Positions 17,688 through 26,395 of a stretch of 61,197 bases of DNA are shown piece after piece (within the stretch, counting starts at the first letter, position 1; every line of letters begins with the position of its first letter). The translations under genes were made by a program, and so were the position numbers. Below the pieces are notes generated by a model, which saw nothing but the letters and a program-made list of their open reading frames with translations, was not told the DNA's origin and searched no databases. This stretch comes from Chlamydiales bacterium (GTDB lineage: Bacteria; Chlamydiota; Chlamydiia; Chlamydiales; JACRBE01): the NCBI GenBank assembly GCA_016213235.1, contig JACRBE010000059.1:1-61197 (forward strand), given 5' to 3'.

Positions 17688-20600
17688 TTAAGTTTTTGCT
17701 GCTTTTCTGAACAGACCAGCTACCTTGGGTAGCTTAAATCTACTGGAAGTCTCGGTAACAACTAGCACTGGCCTATTCTCACTTATAGGTTGGGTAGTAA
17801 CAGGTTTTGTTGATCTTATACTAGATACAGCAAGAGAAGCTCTTTCCAATAAAGAACGAGGTTTTTCTGATTTCAAAGGTAAAGAAGTTGGGGCGCTACT
17901 TTCTACTGATGGTAGCATAGCAGGAGTCGCCACTTTAACTACTGTTAAAGCTGTAGGAGTTAGAGCTGTTGTTTCTGCTTCAACTGCTATTGCCTTAATA
18001 TTTAGAACAGGTATTTGTAAAGAAGGATCTAAAGGATCTGGGAGCGGTGTTATAGGATCTACTACCAAAGTAATAGAAGCTTCACTGGATCTATTACTAG
18101 CCATAGAATCTATATGTCGAATAGGAAAAGATGGAGACCCTTCTTGAGTCATATCTATGGGGCGTTCAGAAGGCAACGAGATTCTATCATCGGTGGATGA
18201 TAATGCCGGTTGTTTATGAGCAAGTCTCTCTCTTATTCCCCTAAAAAAGGCATTTAACCGGTTACGAGTAACAGTGATGTTGCTATCGGGACCGGTATGT
18301 TCTTCCACTGATGTTTGAGCAGGAAGAGAACTTACTGGCGCTACAGATAGTGTTTCTATCCTATTAGAAGCGTTTCTGCTGCTTAGTATTCCTATAACAC
18401 GTGACAGCATGGAAGGTTCTTCTGTTGTTAAAGAAGACGGTGGCGTAATCTTTCTTAGTGCTTTTCGTACTGTTGCTGGCTTCGTAGTCTCGTCAAGCTC
18501 GTTTTCTTCAAACCAGAGAGCTGGATTTTCTCCTGCAAAGAAGGAGAGGAGGTCGCTTTTAAACAGATCGCCATCCATCGGAATGATGCGAGATGGATCT
18601 ATAGATTTTTGTGCTTCTTCTGCATCTTTATGACCAAGTCTACCATATTTGATAAAAGGAATAGAAATAAGATGCATCTTGCTAAAACACTCTTTATCTT
18701 TATCAGCCTTCATGTAATTAATACCAAGAGCATAGGTATGAGGCACTTTCAGTTTCATGAAATCAAAAAGAGCCATATTTTGTTGATATGGATCTGTGAG
18801 AGCATCTTCAAAAGAAGGATTGATCAAATTACTACCATTTTCGTCTAATCCATAGCACACTAAAAAGTAATATAGATCAGGTCCATATTCATCATCTATT
18901 TCCGGGCCAAATCCTTTTAGTTGTAAATCAAGTATGCGGTAATATAATGTTTCCAGATTTGCCATAACAGTGGCGTCTCTTTCTATAGGATGAGACAAGA
19001 AGTTGCTAATAGGAGAGTCTGGGTAATCTTTTGCAAATAATGCAAATTCTCTTTCCATTGCATAAAAGTGAGCGAGATCATCACTAAGATTATCTACATC
19101 CAGGTTGATAAGAGGCTGTAAAATGGCACCATCTTCGTATCCTCTATTTAGTGTGGAGAGGATGTCTTCAGTAGAATACCCTGCTTGTTGCATGTTGCAA
19201 ATGATAGAGCCAAGAAACTCTAAATTTGCTCTAATAATGGCATTATCCTTGGCTTTGTGCTTATAACTCGTAAGATCATCTGCGATTAAAAAACGGTCCT
19301 CTTGTCCATCTGCTAGTTTAATAGCAGCTTGTTGCCATTTCCATTTTGTTTGTAATTCTGCAATACGACTAGGATTGTCCATGAGAAGGGGTAATTCGTA
19401 ATAAACGGTCAATGAAAGAGGAAGAGGATCGTCAAGATTAGAAAAGTCAAGATTGGATTCTGCAAGAATAAAATCAATTAATCGATCATCTGTCGCTAAA
19501 TCGATACCGGATTGCGTAAAAAATTGTAACACACTACCAATAGTTGTTATGCTATGATTTAATACTTCATATTCACGAAGATCAGTAGTCATAACAATGT
19601 TGGAGCGTGCTTCCAATGTGCGAATAACGTGAGCAAGGGTGGAAAATGAATACCTATGAGCAAAGTCAAGCGCTTCATGTTTTTGCTCTAGTTCTTGTAA
19701 TACTTTAGTTTTGCTCTCTTGTTTTAACACCATTTCACTAATACCTGCTCTGATAGAAGGGGTGTCAAAGAGCTGTGGGGTCATGGCGGCTTCTCGAAGC
19801 ATAGCAATAAAAAATTCTGGATCTCTTGTCAGTGTTTTTTGAAGCACATCTTCCATAACAGGAATTAATGCACCTATTTCTTCCATATTACGAAGTTGTG
19901 CATCGGAATAGACTTCTCGATATGGGTTCAATAAAATTCCTGGAAATCCAGGTTTACTTAATATGTCGTATGCATGAATATAAGATTGTTTATTGTTATA
20001 AGCTGTTAGAGCAAGTGACAAATTTTCAGGAGAAGATAGGTTTTTAATTAATGGCACACATGCAGCATCTGTAAAATCTATGTTTTCCATTTTGTACATT
20101 TGCATAAAGGAATGTGCTCTTATAGGATACTTAGGTTGATAGCATGCTAAATACTCTTCAGCAGCTTCTTTAACGGCTTCAGGATTACGTATGTCAATAG
20201 GGTGACGAACCAGTGGATCAGGAATAACAGATGCTTGAATATGTTTTACATGCCTTGCAAGCGCATGGATGACATTAGGGTGCAGTTTTTCCAATCCTCC
20301 CGCAGATTGTATTTTTTTCATTAGCGGAGTAGACGACCTTATCTCATTAGCCTCACATAGAAACCCCATATCAGATTGAAATTCCCTACTACTTTCTTTC
20401 AGAGCTTTTGTTCTATTTTTAAGTTTTAGTGACGTCTCTATGTATACAGGATCTTTGGAATGTTTTGCAGTTGCTCGAAGTGCTTCTGCCAGTCTTTGAA
20501 TAGCCAGTAGTTGGTCGTTAGATGTCTTTATAACGGCAATCTGTACCGTCTCATTTTTTACAAGAGAGTAGAATTTTGCTGCTATTTGCTTAGGATCTGT

Positions 20601-20870
20601 TGTGGTAAATAATTTGATGAAAAATAGAGCAATAGCGTCCAAGACTCCTAAAAAACCGTCCCGTTGCACATAGGAATGCAGCGCTCCTTTGGAAGAAAGA
20701 TAGAAGGTCACATGAGGATCAAGATTGCGATCTTCCCAATACCAAATGCGTCCAGGAGCTATTGCTGTAGCTTTGACTGTCCTCTCGAGAGGGATATGCA
20801 AGAGGGTGTCAATATCCCCCGGCTGAAGCCGATAATGGATGTGTTTTCCTGGAGCTTCCATAATTAACAA
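17688..20870 (-). CDS. Large orphan protein (1060 aa), candidate type III secreted effector
   Basis: Long open ORF with no Sec signal, a helical core and a Ser/Thr/Pro-rich C-terminal ~250 aa. Likely start is ATG 20861. Function is inference. Confidence 0.6.
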   Translation of the reverse strand: MLIMEAPGKHIHYRLQPGDIDTLLHIPLERTVKATAIAPGRIWYWEDRNLDPHVTFYLSSKGALHSYVQRDGFLGVLDAIALFFIKLFTTTDPKQIAAKFYSLVKNETVQIAVIKTSNDQLLAIQRLAEALRATAKHSKDPVYIETSLKLKNRTKALKESSREFQSDMGFLCEANEIRSSTPLMKKIQSAGGLEKLHPNVIHALARHVKHIQASVIPDPLVRHPIDIRNPEAVKEAAEEYLACYQPKYPIRAHSFMQMYKMENIDFTDAACVPLIKNLSSPENLSLALTAYNNKQSYIHAYDILSKPGFPGILLNPYREVYSDAQLRNMEEIGALIPVMEDVLQKTLTRDPEFFIAMLREAAMTPQLFDTPSIRAGISEMVLKQESKTKVLQELEQKHEALDFAHRYSFSTLAHVIRTLEARSNIVMTTDLREYEVLNHSITTIGSVLQFFTQSGIDLATDDRLIDFILAESNLDFSNLDDPLPLSLTVYYELPLLMDNPSRIAELQTKWKWQQAAIKLADGQEDRFLIADDLTSYKHKAKDNAIIRANLEFLGSIICNMQQAGYSTEDILSTLNRGYEDGAILQPLINLDVDNLSDDLAHFYAMEREFALFAKDYPDSPISNFLSHPIERDATVMANLETLYYRILDLQLKGFGPEIDDEYGPDLYYFLVCYGLDENGSNLINPSFEDALTDPYQQNMALFDFMKLKVPHTYALGINYMKADKDKECFSKMHLISIPFIKYGRLGHKDAEEAQKSIDPSRIIPMDGDLFKSDLLSFFAGENPALWFEENELDETTKPATVRKALRKITPPSSLTTEEPSMLSRVIGILSSRNASNRIETLSVAPVSSLPAQTSVEEHTGPDSNITVTRNRLNAFFRGIRERLAHKQPALSSTDDRISLPSERPIDMTQEGSPSFPIRHIDSMASNRSSEASITLVVDPITPLPDPLDPSLQIPVLNIKAIAVEAETTALTPTALTVVKVATPAMLPSVESSAPTSLPLKSEKPRSLLERASLAVSSIRSTKPVTTQPISENRPVLVVTETSSRFKLPKVAGLFRKAAKT

Positions 20871-21104
20871 CTGTTTTATTTTTTAATATATATAAATTAT
20901 AGATTGCATTTACATAATAGTTCAAACATTAAATATTTTATTATTATATACTTACATACTATTAATTTTTTTAATTATAAACCTCCAAAGACGAAAAGGA
21001 AATATCGGTGTAAACAGTCGATTGTAAGCGCGTTATAATTTATAGGGAAAATAAACAAGCAATAAAATAAATTATACAGAATTTATCGAAAATGGGGCTC
21101 AAAA

Positions 21105-22202
21105 ATGAGAAAGATAATAGTATTAATTTTATTTTGTTATTTACAGGTAGTACAAGGGGAAAATAATAGGTTAAAAGTTCTTCATTTAACGCTTCATATG
21201 GGGTGCTATAAGGAGATACAAAGTATTGCCAAGGAGTTGAATATTGATTTGGAAAACGTATTTGTACACCATCTTCCCAAAGAGCAATTTGATGGGATAA
21301 CTACCGGATCAGCCAGATATAATATAGGCGCTAAAAGAGCTAAGAACATATGGGAAGTGAATCAAGAGTATTTCTCTTCTTTTGATGCAGTAATCACTTC
21401 GGACACCGTGCCACTTGCAAGGACCTTTTTACAACATAATTTTGATAAGCCGCTTATTATTTGGGTTTGCAACAGATTTGACTATGCAGATGGAGCCTCG
21501 CTTGATTGTAATTTCCCGGATAGCGCTTATTACGATTTAATTAAATCCATACCATCTAGGCCAAATGTAAGGATTCTTTCTTACACTCCTTTTGAGCATA
21601 TTTATGCCAAAAATTATCGAGGGATAGCAGTGTGGTCCGATGTTATCAAGCCGATTGGAGATTATGAAAAGTCGGAGCATTTTCAATCTGCAATTCCAAA
21701 TAATATTGATAAAACACAGACTTTTTTTATCCCTCAATACCACAATGATACCTTCTTGCTTGATCTGGAAAAAACGGTAAGGAAATTAGGAGTCCCATGT
21801 TATCGGGGTAGATACAATGGCCCAGATGATTTAAAAGATTTTAAGGGGATTATACATATTCCTTATGCCTGGTCCAATTTAGCCTTATTTGAAAACTGGC
21901 AAAATGGAGTAATCTATTTTATTCCCTCTAAAAAGTTCTTTTTACAGCTGTCTCAATCAGGAAATTTCTTCTTTTCACCACCGTTTAATTTTAAATATAT
22001 TCAATATGCAGAATGGTATTTGGAAGAGCATAAGGATTTATTTGTGTTTTTTGATTCATGGAAAGATCTAGAAAGAAAAATAGCAGAAACAGACTATGAA
22101 CGGAAACGAGAGGATATATTGGAATTTGCTCATCAACATAGGGAAAAGACACTTTCGCAGTGGAGGAGTGTATTTCATGATTTGGGACTACAAATAGAGT
22201 GA
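21105..22202 (+). CDS. Secreted glycosyltransferase-like hypothetical protein
   Basis: Signal peptide MRKIIVLILFCYLQVVQG; FDAVITSDT, LIIWVCNRFDY, and GT-B-like GIIHIPYAWSNLALFE...YFIPS. Confidence 0.5.
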   Translation: MRKIIVLILFCYLQVVQGENNRLKVLHLTLHMGCYKEIQSIAKELNIDLENVFVHHLPKEQFDGITTGSARYNIGAKRAKNIWEVNQEYFSSFDAVITSDTVPLARTFLQHNFDKPLIIWVCNRFDYADGASLDCNFPDSAYYDLIKSIPSRPNVRILSYTPFEHIYAKNYRGIAVWSDVIKPIGDYEKSEHFQSAIPNNIDKTQTFFIPQYHNDTFLLDLEKTVRKLGVPCYRGRYNGPDDLKDFKGIIHIPYAWSNLALFENWQNGVIYFIPSKKFFLQLSQSGNFFFSPPFNFKYIQYAEWYLEEHKDLFVFFDSWKDLERKIAETDYERKREDILEFAHQHREKTLSQWRSVFHDLGLQIE

Positions 22203-22978
22203 TGTTTGCAAGATAAACCTACCCATGGAGATATTTTCTTCTTATGCAAAATATGAAGAAAAGAAAAAACATTGCTATATTGATGCTCTTGAGACTCTAA
22301 AATCCCTGAGATGATCCAGTCAGCTTTGATAGAAGATAAGATAGGATGGGCATCTAATACCTGCAGTTGTTCTAAGTAGGTCATATTCATCAAGATGATA
22401 GGATGATCGTCTTCTATGATGGGTAGTGTAGATTGTACAGTTATATCGGGAAGATCATTTAATAAAAGGTTACGCTTTGTATGGGCAATAGCATCATCAT
22501 CGATATCTATGCTAAATACTCTCGTGCAGCCCATTTTTGCTGCAGCAATTGATAACACTCCGCTACCACATCCTATGTCCACCACTGTTTTATGATGCAA
22601 ATTCATATTACATAAAAAACGAAGACATAGTTGTGTGGTTGGATGGGATAGGTCCCCAAATCCCGCTCCCGGCTGCATCACAAATGTCGCAGTAGGCCCT
22701 CCATACTGTTTTAAATGGATATGAGCCATGCCATCATAAAAATCAGGAGCAAAGGCTTCCCATTGCTTTAACCACATATCGGTTTCGATGGCTTTTGGCT
22801 TTGCAAAGGTAATATTAGAAAAATCTGTATTACATGGTAATAGGCCTCCAATCATATGGATAGCCGTTTCCTTGTCCTCTATAATCGAATAGTCAGTGAG
22901 TCCAATAGCAAGGAGCTCGTGTAAAGCCACATTTACATCAGAGGTTTCAAACAAAAAATAATTTAATGATGTTTCCAT
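22175..22978 (-). CDS. prmA: Ribosomal protein L11 methyltransferase
   Basis: PGAGFGDLSHPTTQLCL, VVDIGCGSGVLSIAA, IISGIL. Confidence 0.88.
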   Translation of the reverse strand: METSLNYFLFETSDVNVALHELLAIGLTDYSIIEDKETAIHMIGGLLPCNTDFSNITFAKPKAIETDMWLKQWEAFAPDFYDGMAHIHLKQYGGPTATFVMQPGAGFGDLSHPTTQLCLRFLCNMNLHHKTVVDIGCGSGVLSIAAAKMGCTRVFSIDIDDDAIAHTKRNLLLNDLPDITVQSTLPIIEDDHPIILMNMTYLEQLQVLDAHPILSSIKADWIISGILESQEHQYSNVFSFLHILHKKKISPWVGLSCKHHSICSPKS

Positions 22979-23056
22979 AGAGAAAAATTATAACGGTATA
23001 AGGAGATAAAAATCCTTGATTTTTTTACTTTGCTAAACGATGATAGATACCATTTT

Positions 23057-23129
23057 GCGTTGGTAGCTCAATGGATAGAGTATCTGGCTACGGACCAGAA
23101 GGTTAGAGGTTCGAGTCCTCTCCAGCGCG
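23057..23129 (+). tRNA. tRNA-Arg(ACG), CCA not encoded
   Basis: Acceptor GCGTTGG/CCAGCGC, D-arm GCTC...GAGT, anticodon stem TCTGG/CCAGA with loop CTACGGA, T-arm AGAGG-TTCGAGT-CCTCT. Confidence 0.97.
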
Positions 23130-23133
23130 TATT

Positions 23134-23179
23134 GCCAAACGTTTTTTCAGAAATGTTTAACCGTTTGGCTCTTTTATTT
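23134..23179 (+). terminator. Possible terminator after tRNA-Arg
   Basis: GCCAAACG...CGTTTGGC followed by TCTTTTATTT; loop is large. Confidence 0.45.
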
Positions 23180-23280
23180 CCTAATCAAAAGGCTTTGAGA
23201 GGAAGTGTTTTTTAGTATATATTTTTTTCCCTGGCAAAGTATTGAGTTCTATTGGGCTTTTTAACCTGTCGGGGTTCGTT

Positions 23281-23385
23281 ATGAAAAAAGATATAGTGGA
23301 TAATCCACCTGAACACAAATCATCTAAGATTGCGATTTTCAAGGGAAAGCAGATCCGAAAAGCGAGTCATCGGGATGAAAGGTAG
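23281..23385 (+). pseudogene. Truncated Bro-N (phage antirepressor-like) gene remnant
   Basis: Translates MKKDIVDNPPEHKSSKIAIFKGKQIRKASHRDER*, resembling the Bro-N start KIALFKGKxIRKxxHxxEWWF; GAA AGG TAG looks like a mutated GAA TGG TGG. Confidence 0.55.
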
Positions 23386-23387
23386 CT

Positions 23388-24026
23388 TCAATTCCTTTCC
23401 TCATGACCTATCAAAGTATTGATGAGCAATTGAGCTAACCATTTCTCATATTCATCAGATGTCCATCCTTGTTCTACCACGAACATACGGTACATATCGC
23501 GCCCAGTAAAAGCCCATAAGATAGTTCGAGCTTTGGTTAGGCTAAGTCCCTTGGCAAGAGATTTTTCCTTTACCATTGCTTTTATGGTCACTTCCTGTCG
23601 ATTGTAACGGCGCCTCTCTTTTTCTTTTTCAAGCTCTTTGAATTCAGGAGCCAAAACGGCAGCGCCCCGAAAAATATCCATTTGCGCCCTCTCTGCGTCG
23701 TACATCTGACGTGCGATTTTAGCAGAAATACAGAGACGTGCTTTTGGAGATTTCTCCTGTATGCTCCTTTCCACAAGGGCATTGAACTGATCCGTGGGAA
23801 GTGCCTCATCCATTAATGCACGAAGCACACCGCGCTTAGATTGAAAGAGTGAGTAAATGGTGGGTATTGAAACGTCTGCAGCTTGAGCTATTTTTTCAAT
23901 CGTCACATACTCAAATCCTTCTGATTCAAAAAGACCTTTTGCAGTAGCAAGAATACGCCCCTTTGTTTGTGCTGCTTGTGTGCTTCTGGCTGTTGACCTG
24001 TAAGGTCTTTTTTTAATTTCTGACAT
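23388..24026 (-). CDS. TetR/AcrR family transcriptional regulator
   Basis: N-terminal HTH ILATAKGLFESEGFEYVTIEKIAQAADVSIPTIYSLFQSKRGVL; C-terminal GWTSDEYEKWL. Confidence 0.95.
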   Translation of the reverse strand: MSEIKKRPYRSTARSTQAAQTKGRILATAKGLFESEGFEYVTIEKIAQAADVSIPTIYSLFQSKRGVLRALMDEALPTDQFNALVERSIQEKSPKARLCISAKIARQMYDAERAQMDIFRGAAVLAPEFKELEKEKERRRYNRQEVTIKAMVKEKSLAKGLSLTKARTILWAFTGRDMYRMFVVEQGWTSDEYEKWLAQLLINTLIGHEERN

Positions 24027-24086
24027 ATTGAGTATAGCTCACTATAATTAATATTGACGTAATGAATATAGTTTACTATAATCAAT
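24027..24086. promoter_or_regulatory. Two tandem palindromic TetR operators plus the sigma70 promoter of the SnoaL gene
   Basis: ATTGAGTATAG-N4-CTATAATTAAT (24027-24052) and AATGAATATAG-N4-CTATAATCAAT (24061-24086); TTGACG(24054)-17 bp-TATAAT(24077). Confidence 0.8.
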
Positions 24087-24120
24087 TCTGATTGTCAAAA
24101 AAATCTAAAAGGAGGAGGAG

Positions 24121-24471
24121 ATGATGGTAGATACAAAGGCTATAGGAGTAGCTTATTATACGGCTCTTGGAGAAAAAAACATCGAAGAGGTGAAAAAATA
24201 TTTACATCCTGACATTCAATTTATTGATCCTCAGGAAAAAGTCATTGGCAGAGAAGCAGTCCTTAAAGCAGCAAAAGGATTCACAGGTATTTTTAAGGCT
24301 CTAACAATCCGCGCAAAGTTTGGTTCAGAGGATCAAGCGATGATTGTATATGATGTAGAAATTCCCGGTCTTGCCAAAAATTTGCATGCTGCCTCTCTGT
24401 TGAGCTTTCGAGAAGGCTTCATCTCAAAGATCGAACTCTTCTATGATTCTAGGGGCTTGGTAGGCAAATAA
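24121..24471 (+). CDS. SnoaL-like / NTF2-family protein
   Basis: YYTAL...LHPDIQFIDP...GREAV...FREGFISKIELFYD; strong AGGAGG SD; divergent from tetR. Confidence 0.85.
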   Translation: MMVDTKAIGVAYYTALGEKNIEEVKKYLHPDIQFIDPQEKVIGREAVLKAAKGFTGIFKALTIRAKFGSEDQAMIVYDVEIPGLAKNLHAASLLSFREGFISKIELFYDSRGLVGK

Positions 24472-24672
24472 GAATAAACTATTCGGATATCTCAGTCTAT
24501 TGTGACTGTAAAAAATCGTTGCTATATCCTATATATTGAGATTTGATGCTCATATGCAAAATTTCATATAAAAATTGCAATTATGGTAGCATTCACAATC
24601 ACTTAAAAATAAGAAACATGCATTGATCTGTCAAGGTGATCAAAAAAATTAATCTAGTATAGGTGAGGAAGA

Positions 24673-25308
24673 GTGGAGATAAAGGTTTTTCCGGTAGGGC
24701 CATTTGCTACCAATTGCATATTGGTGATGCATCAAGGGGAAGCGGTAATTATTGATCCCGGCTATGGAGCATTTGAGAAAATACAAGCGTTTGCAAAAGA
24801 AAAACGGCTAGATATTAAAGCGATATGGCTGACTCACTCTCATTGGGATCATATTGTAGATGTAGCAACATGTGAGCATTTTTTTTCTGTACCTGTTTTT
24901 ATACATCCACAAGATGCAGAAAATATGAAATATCCGGGCCATGATAAAATACCTTGTATAATGAAAATAGAGGGGGTAAGCGACCTTTCATATATAAAAG
25001 ATAAAGATCAGCTTTTACTGGGAGATGTAATATTTACTGTCATTCATACACCGGGACATTCTCCAGGTAGTGTTTGTTTTTATGCAAAGCAAGAGCATTT
25101 GCTGATTTCTGGAGATACATTATTTGCAGGATCTATTGGTAGTTTATCACTGCCAACAAGTAATCCGGAAGAAATGTGGAAATCTCTGGAAAAAATTGCT
25201 ATATTACCTGCTGATACAAAAGTGGTGCCTGGCCATGGAGAAATGACTAAAATAGGCAAAGAGTCCTGGCTTAAGGCGGCAAAAGAAATTTTTGGAGAAT
25301 ATTTATGA
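24673..25308 (+). CDS. MBL-fold metallo-hydrolase (glyoxalase II/YcbL-like)
   Basis: THSHWDH, HTPGHSPG, SGDTLF, PGHG. Confidence 0.92.
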   Translation: MEIKVFPVGPFATNCILVMHQGEAVIIDPGYGAFEKIQAFAKEKRLDIKAIWLTHSHWDHIVDVATCEHFFSVPVFIHPQDAENMKYPGHDKIPCIMKIEGVSDLSYIKDKDQLLLGDVIFTVIHTPGHSPGSVCFYAKQEHLLISGDTLFAGSIGSLSLPTSNPEEMWKSLEKIAILPADTKVVPGHGEMTKIGKESWLKAAKEIFGEYL

Positions 25309-25883
25309 CGTTAATTGGTAAAAAAGCGCCTTCTTTTCGCGCTACAGCGGTATGTAAAAGCAAATTTCAGCACAATTTCTCACTAGATAACTTTCTTGGT
25401 AAATATGTTATCTTTTTTTTCTACCCACTTGATTTTACCTTTGTTTGTCCAACAGAGTTGCACGCGTTTCAACAAGAAATGGAAGAGTTTCAAAAACGAA
25501 ATGCTCAACTAGTAGGATGCTCTGTGGATAGTCAATTTTCTCATGCAGCGTGGCTTGGTACTCCTAAGATAAAAGGGGGAATAGAAGGAATAGAATATCC
25601 TATTGTTGCAGATTTGAATAAAACAATTGCAAAACAATATGGTGTGCTTAAGGAAGATGAAGGCATTGCATATAGAGGATTATTTCTACTGGATAAAGAT
25701 GGGATCATTCGTCATCAAGTTGTTAATGATTTGCCTTTTGGGAGGTCTGTAGAAGAGACGCTCCGTATGCTAGATGCCGTTGTTTTTTATGAAAAGCATG
25801 GCGAGGTATGCCCTGCTAATTGGAAAGAAGGGAAGAAATCATTGAAGCCGACACAGCAAGGGCTCGAAACATATTTTAAATAA
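25305..25883 (+). CDS. ahpC: 2-Cys peroxiredoxin AhpC/TsaA
   Basis: FYPLDFTFVCPTE and GEVCPANW. Confidence 0.97.
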   Translation: MTLIGKKAPSFRATAVCKSKFQHNFSLDNFLGKYVIFFFYPLDFTFVCPTELHAFQQEMEEFQKRNAQLVGCSVDSQFSHAAWLGTPKIKGGIEGIEYPIVADLNKTIAKQYGVLKEDEGIAYRGLFLLDKDGIIRHQVVNDLPFGRSVEETLRMLDAVVFYEKHGEVCPANWKEGKKSLKPTQQGLETYFK

Positions 25884-25888
25884 GATAT

Positions 25889-26266
25889 TTAAGAAGTTAA
25901 GAAGTCGTAAAAATCTCTATCATTAATTAACAATAGAGCATGCCTTTTATTGCAAAATTCTTGAGCTTCCTGAATCAGATCTTTATCTCCAACGCCTGGC
26001 ATATAAATACCATCGATCGGCTCTTCATAATCTGTAATGAGTTTTAATCCAAGGTGGTAGTCTTTTGTGTGAAAGCCCTCTTCTTCTACTCTCTTGTAAA
26101 ATACCTTATTTCTAAACAATAGGGTTTGTACAGCAAATCCGATGCCGAGGCTCTCCCCCGGAGGGTTGCCAAGAACATCACATAGCTTTGTAATAGAATC
26201 AATTACAATGATATGTTGAAAAGAACCTTTTTCTGATTCTCCAAATAAAACGATGTTTAAATCCAT
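25889..26266 (-). CDS. Conserved chlamydial hypothetical protein (CT602-like)
   Basis: LFGESEKG...RVEEEGF...MPGVGD...DFYDFL, convergent with ahpC; resemblance to C. trachomatis CT602 is from recall. Confidence 0.65.
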   Translation of the reverse strand: MDLNIVLFGESEKGSFQHIIVIDSITKLCDVLGNPPGESLGIGFAVQTLLFRNKVFYKRVEEEGFHTKDYHLGLKLITDYEEPIDGIYMPGVGDKDLIQEAQEFCNKRHALLLINDRDFYDFLTS

Positions 26267-26395
26267 TATTAGTAAGCTGCAATTTTGGTATTATTAGTTA
26301 ATAACTAACAAATAATGTAATAGCAATTTATCATCAAGATTGTAATGAAAAATAAATAAATCGAGATAAGTATCTTATTGAAAAAGAATGGGATC

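Noticed and set aside
17725..18848. Plus-strand ORFs within the 1060-aa gene
   Set aside because: Antisense shadows with no independent motifs.
23030..23215. 61-aa ORF
   Set aside because: Overlaps tRNA-Arg entirely; spurious.
24623..24643. TTGATC-N9-GATCAA palindrome upstream of the MBL-ahpC operon
   Set aside because: Only 6-bp arms, single instance, and no regulator can be assigned.
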